Positions 60,129 to 64,000 of a stretch of 64,000 bases of DNA are shown here, one piece after another; the stretch's first letter is position 1; each line of letters starts with the position of its first letter. This DNA comes from Candidatus Marinacidobacterales bacterium (GTDB lineage Bacteria; Acidobacteriota; Vicinamibacteria; Marinacidobacterales; SMYC01): assembly GCA_965262245.1 (NCBI GenBank), contig OZ253507.1:2268690-2332689 (forward strand), given 5' to 3'. A model generated the notes under the pieces. It worked only from the letters and a program-made list of their open reading frames with translations. It was not told the DNA's origin and did not search any database. A program made the position numbers and the translations under genes.

Positions 60129-61577
60129 ATGAGCACCACAACCGACAAGCTCAAAGAATTCGTCGACAAGGACTATGCCTACGGCTTCGTCACTGAGATC
60201 GAGCAGGACACTATCCCGAAAGGGCTCGACGAGAAGACCGTCCGCATCATTTCGGAGAAGAAAGAAGAGCCCGAATGGCTCCTCGAGTGGCGCCTGAAAG
60301 CTTTCCGGCATTGGCTCACAATGACGGAGCCGACATGGCCGAACGTCCACTATCCGCCGATCGACTACCAAGACGTGCGCTACTATTCCGCGCCGAAGCA
60401 GGATAAGGACAAACCGAAGAGCCTCGATGAAGTCGACCCGGAGCTCCTGCGAACTTACGAAAAACTCGGTATCTCCCTCGAAGAGCAGGGGCGTCTCGCG
60501 GGGGTCGCGGTCGATGCTGTTTTCGACTCTGTTTCCGTGGCCACGACCTTCAAGGACAAGCTGTCCGAGCTCGGCATCATTTTTTGTAGCTTCTCCGAAG
60601 CGGTCAAAGAACATCCGGATCTCGTGCGGAAATATCTGGGCACCGTCGTTCCCTATAGCGACAACTTCTTCGCCACGTTGAACTCGGCGGTCTTCAGTGA
60701 CGGGTCTTTCGTCTACATACCGAAAGGCGTTCGCTGTCCGATGGAGCTTTCGACTTATTTCCGGATCAACGCGGCCGAGACGGGGCAGTTCGAGCGGACC
60801 CTCATCATCGCCGACGAGGGAGCCTATGTGAGCTATCTCGAAGGATGCACCGCTCCGATGCGGGACGAGAACCAGCTTCACGCTGCCGTCGTCGAGCTCG
60901 TCACCCTCGACAACGCGGAAATCAAATATGCCACCGTGCAGAACTGGTACCCGGGCGACAAAGACGGCAAAGGCGGCATCTATAATTTCGTCACGAAGCG
61001 CGGCAAGTGCGCGGGCGTCAAGTCGAAGATCTCGTGGACGCAAGTCGAGACCGGCTCGGCCATCACTTGGAAATATCCGAGCTGCTTGCTGCTCGGCGAC
61101 GATTCGATCGGCGAGTTCTACTCGGTCGCTCTGACGAACAATTACCAGCAAGCCGATACCGGCACCAAAATGATCCACGTGGGGAAGAACACGAGAAGCA
61201 CCATCATCTCGAAAGGGATCTCTGCGGGCCACGGCCAGAATACCTATCGCGGCCAAGTGAAGATCCTGAAAAGTGCCGAAGGGGCGCGCAACTACTCACA
61301 ATGCGACTCGCTACTCATCGGTGACAAATGCGGTGCGCATACTTTCCCCTATATCGAAGTCAAGAATCCCACCGCGCAAATGGAGCACGAAGCGACGACC
61401 TCGAAGATTGGGGAAGACCAGCTTTTTTATTGCAACCAGAGGGGTATCGACACGGAGAACGCCGTTTCCATGATCGTGAACGGCTTTGCCAAGCAAGTCT
61501 TGCGCAATCTCCCGATGGAGTTCGCCGTCGAAGCCCAGAAATTGTTAGGCGTCAGTTTGGAAGGAAGCGTTGGCTAA
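60129..61577 (+). CDS. sufB: Fe-S cluster assembly protein SufB
   Basis: 482 aa, strong SufB/SufD-family similarity ([16 protein letters not shown]..., [26 protein letters not shown]). Confidence 0.9.
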   Translation: MSTTTDKLKEFVDKDYAYGFVTEIEQDTIPKGLDEKTVRIISEKKEEPEWLLEWRLKAFRHWLTMTEPTWPNVHYPPIDYQDVRYYSAPKQDKDKPKSLDEVDPELLRTYEKLGISLEEQGRLAGVAVDAVFDSVSVATTFKDKLSELGIIFCSFSEAVKEHPDLVRKYLGTVVPYSDNFFATLNSAVFSDGSFVYIPKGVRCPMELSTYFRINAAETGQFERTLIIADEGAYVSYLEGCTAPMRDENQLHAAVVELVTLDNAEIKYATVQNWYPGDKDGKGGIYNFVTKRGKCAGVKSKISWTQVETGSAITWKYPSCLLLGDDSIGEFYSVALTNNYQQADTGTKMIHVGKNTRSTIISKGISAGHGQNTYRGQVKILKSAEGARNYSQCDSLLIGDKCGAHTFPYIEVKNPTAQMEHEATTSKIGEDQLFYCNQRGIDTENAVSMIVNGFAKQVLRNLPMEFAVEAQKLLGVSLEGSVG

Positions 61578-62343
61578 ACACAATATGACTGCATTGATCG
61601 AGATCAAGAACCTGCACGCGAAGGCCGAAGGGCGCGAGATCCTTCACGGCATCGATTTGACGATTCAACCCGGCGAAGTGCACGCCATCATGGGACCGAA
61701 CGGCTCGGGAAAGAGCACGTTGTCACAAGTGCTGGCGGGACGTGACAGCTTCGAGGTCACCGAAGGGGAAGTGCTCTACAATGGAAAGGACTTGCTCTCG
61801 CTGACGCCCGAAAAGCGCGCCTGCGAAGGTGTCTTCCTTGCTTTTCAATATCCTGTCGAGATCCCCGGCGTGAACAACACTTACTTTTTGAAGGCGGCCC
61901 TCAACTCCGTCCGCAAATACCGGGGCGAAGACGAGCTGGACGCGATGGATTTTCTGAAGCTCGTGCGCGAGAAAGTCAAGCTCATCGAGCTCGCCGAAGA
62001 GCTCATAAACCGTCCGGTCAATGAAGGATTCTCGGGCGGCGAGAAAAAGCGCAACGAGATTTTCCAGATGGCGGTGCTCGAGCCGACCTTCGCAATCCTC
62101 GACGAGACCGATTCGGGGCTCGACATCGACGCTCTCCAAGTCGTGGCTGCGGGCGTGAACGCGCTTCGAAGCAAAGAGCGGTCGATGCTCGTCATCACCC
62201 ACTATCAGCGCCTCTTGAACCACATCGTTCCGGACTTCGTCCACGTTCTCTTCGACGGCCGTATTGTTCGCTCGGGCGGCAAGGAGTTGGCGGAGAAGCT
62301 CGAAGAAGAGGGCTATGGCTGGCTCGAGACGAAGGTAAGCTGA
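61570..62343 (+). CDS. sufC: Fe-S cluster assembly ATPase SufC
   Basis: Walker [11 protein letters not shown], signature [11 protein letters not shown], Walker [12 protein letters not shown]-loop. Overlaps the sufB stop. Confidence 0.9.
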   Translation: MAKHNMTALIEIKNLHAKAEGREILHGIDLTIQPGEVHAIMGPNGSGKSTLSQVLAGRDSFEVTEGEVLYNGKDLLSLTPEKRACEGVFLAFQYPVEIPGVNNTYFLKAALNSVRKYRGEDELDAMDFLKLVREKVKLIELAEELINRPVNEGFSGGEKKRNEIFQMAVLEPTFAILDETDSGLDIDALQVVAAGVNALRSKERSMLVITHYQRLLNHIVPDFVHVLFDGRIVRSGGKELAEKLEEEGYGWLETKVS

Positions 62344-62346
62344 GTC

Positions 62347-63669
62347 GTGGCTGTGATCGAGTCCGCTGAAGACGAGCTCCGCTCGTTATTTCTCTCGCGC
62401 TCAACGGAGCGCAGCAGCGAAAGCGAGCCCGGCTGGCTCGCTCTCGTGCGTAAAAACGCCTTCGAACGTTTTCTCGACAAGGGTTTTCCGACCACACGCG
62501 ACGAAGACTGGCGTTTCACGAATGTGGGCGCCATTGCGAGGCGGGCTTTCGAGTTCGCGAGCGATGGGGCTGAAGCCGAAGACGAAGCGCGCACGCTTCT
62601 TGCGAGCCTCGGTCTCGAGGCCCTCTCTCGGCACGAGCTCGTTTTCGTGAACGGGCAGTTCTCGCAAAACCTGTCCTCGCTCTCCGATCTTCCTGACGGC
62701 GTCGTCGTTTCGAGCCTCGAGAACGCGTGGTCGCACTCGATCGAAGAGCTCCAACCTGTGCTCAGTCGCAGCCCTTCGGACGAGACCGCATTTTTCGACC
62801 TCAATGAAGCCTTCGTCGCTGATGGCGCTTTCGTGCACATAGGAAAAGGCGTCGTCGTCGACGCGCCCATCCATTGCGTGTTCCTGGCCGTGCCCACGGG
62901 CGAGCCCTTCGTTCATCACCCGCGGAACGTGATCGTGGCCGGGGAGCAGAGCGAGGCTCGCATCGTCGAGACCTATGCCGGCATAGAGGGCTCGACTTAC
63001 TTTACGAATGCGGTAACCCAGCTCGTCGCGCGGCCGGGCTCGGTCGTCGATCACTACAAAGTCCAGCGCGAGAGCGTGAAAGCGTTCCACGTGGCCAGCC
63101 TGGATTTCGCTCAGGAGCGGAGTGCTTCGGTCTCGAACCATTCGCTCTCGATCGGCGCCGCGCTGGCCAGAAACGACATCCGTGCCGAGCTCGGCGGGGA
63201 AGGGGCCAACGTGACGCTCAACGGCCTTTACGTCGTCAAGGGCAGCCAGCATGTGGATCATCACACGGTGATCGACCATCAAGTCGCGCATTGCACCAGT
63301 CGTGAGCTGTATAAAGGCGTTCTCGACGACGAGGCCACTGGCGTGTTCAACGGCCGGGTGATCGTTCGAGCGGATGCGCAGAAGACCGACGCGAAGCAAT
63401 CGAACAAGAACCTTCTTCTTTCGAAGGAGACGCTCGTGAACAGCAATCCCCAGCTCGAGATCCACGCCGACGACGTGAAGTGCGCGCATGGCGCCACCAT
63501 CGGCCAACTCGATGCGGAGGCGTTGTTCTACATGAGGACTCGGGGAATCGAGCTCGACGAAGCCCGCAAGATTCTCACCGAAGGCTTCATGTCCGATGTG
63601 AGCGACCGGATTCGAGTTGACGCTGTTCGAAAAGCAGTACGTAGGCTCTTGTTCAAGGACGCGGCCTAA
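62347..63669 (+). CDS. sufD: Fe-S cluster assembly protein SufD
   Basis: SufB/D-family beta-helix protein following sufC (...HTVIDHQVAHCTSRELYKGVLDDEATGVFNGRV). Confidence 0.85.
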   Translation: MAVIESAEDELRSLFLSRSTERSSESEPGWLALVRKNAFERFLDKGFPTTRDEDWRFTNVGAIARRAFEFASDGAEAEDEARTLLASLGLEALSRHELVFVNGQFSQNLSSLSDLPDGVVVSSLENAWSHSIEELQPVLSRSPSDETAFFDLNEAFVADGAFVHIGKGVVVDAPIHCVFLAVPTGEPFVHHPRNVIVAGEQSEARIVETYAGIEGSTYFTNAVTQLVARPGSVVDHYKVQRESVKAFHVASLDFAQERSASVSNHSLSIGAALARNDIRAELGGEGANVTLNGLYVVKGSQHVDHHTVIDHQVAHCTSRELYKGVLDDEATGVFNGRVIVRADAQKTDAKQSNKNLLLSKETLVNSNPQLEIHADDVKCAHGATIGQLDAEALFYMRTRGIELDEARKILTEGFMSDVSDRIRVDAVRKAVRRLLFKDAA

Positions 63670-63687
63670 TTCTCGAGGTACCAGCCA

Positions 63688-64000
63688 ATGACCGTGAGCA
63701 GCAATGCAGAAATCTCGACGAGCAGCGCGTCGAACCGTGATTTCGACGTCGATCGTGTCCGCGGCGATTTTCCGGGCTTGCATCAAACGGTCCACGAGAA
63801 GCCGCTCGTCTTTCTCGATAGCGCCGCAAGCGCTCAGAAGCCGCAGCAAGTCATTGACGCGATCTCGAACTTCTACGCCCATGACTACGCGAACATTCAT
63901 CGCGGCGTCCACGAGCTCAGCCAGCGCGCGACGAAAGCCTACGAGAACGCTCGCCTGAAGATCCAGCGATTCCTTGGCGCGCCGTCCGAGCGCGAAATCA
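63688..64000 (+). CDS. sufS: Cysteine desulfurase SufS/CsdA, N-terminal part (runs off window)
   Basis: MTVSSNAEI...DFDVDRVRGDFPGLHQTVHEKPLVFLDSAASAQKPQQVIDAISNFYAHDYANIHRGVHELSQRAT matches class V aminotransferase/SufS N-termini. Confidence 0.85.
   Translation, partial: MTVSSNAEISTSSASNRDFDVDRVRGDFPGLHQTVHEKPLVFLDSAASAQKPQQVIDAISNFYAHDYANIHRGVHELSQRATKAYENARLKIQRFLGAPSEREI

Overview
This is a high-GC (~62%), IS-rich bacterial chromosomal region with many decayed genes. The gene content (ADOP-type FtsX permease, numerous ECF sigma/anti-sigma pairs, Tat-signal PLP enzymes, TPR-CHAT) suggests an Acidobacteria-like soil bacterium, but that is low-confidence inference. Recognisable housekeeping genes: manA-pmm; cobB (Sir2); a sigmaECF-NrsF-like-msrP module; a Crp-regulated lipid operon (thioesterase plus an acyl ligase-ACP-acyltransferase fusion); a Dpp-type ABC operon; pgi; and rrf2-sufBCD-sufS at the 3' end. 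At least seven mobile elements or fragments are present: two IS1595-family, one IS5/IS1182-like with CTAG TSD, one ISAzo13-like, one IS256 with TSD, one IS1634-like, and a 177-bp solo end of that IS1634-like element. The most notable structure is a 2,488-bp IS1595-family unit (25560..28047) with perfect 27-bp terminal IRs and an 8-bp TSD (TTTGATAT). It carries a transposase translationally coupled to a beta-class N6/N4 DNA methyltransferase and a MutH/Sau3AI-like endonuclease, i.e. a transposon-borne Type II R-M cassette, and it is inserted into an EF-G (fusA-like) gene. Other points: an orphan KaiC/RecA-like ATPase fused to a LOG/SLOG Rossmann domain; a sigmaECF - TPR-CHAT - zinc-finger anti-sigma - S8 protease cluster; and a 14-bp tandem duplication that frameshifts a HEAT/LamG gene. 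There is also an unusual density of frameshifts, many at homopolymers, which are either real pseudogenes or uncorrected indel errors. No rRNA, tRNA or CRISPR array was recognised.
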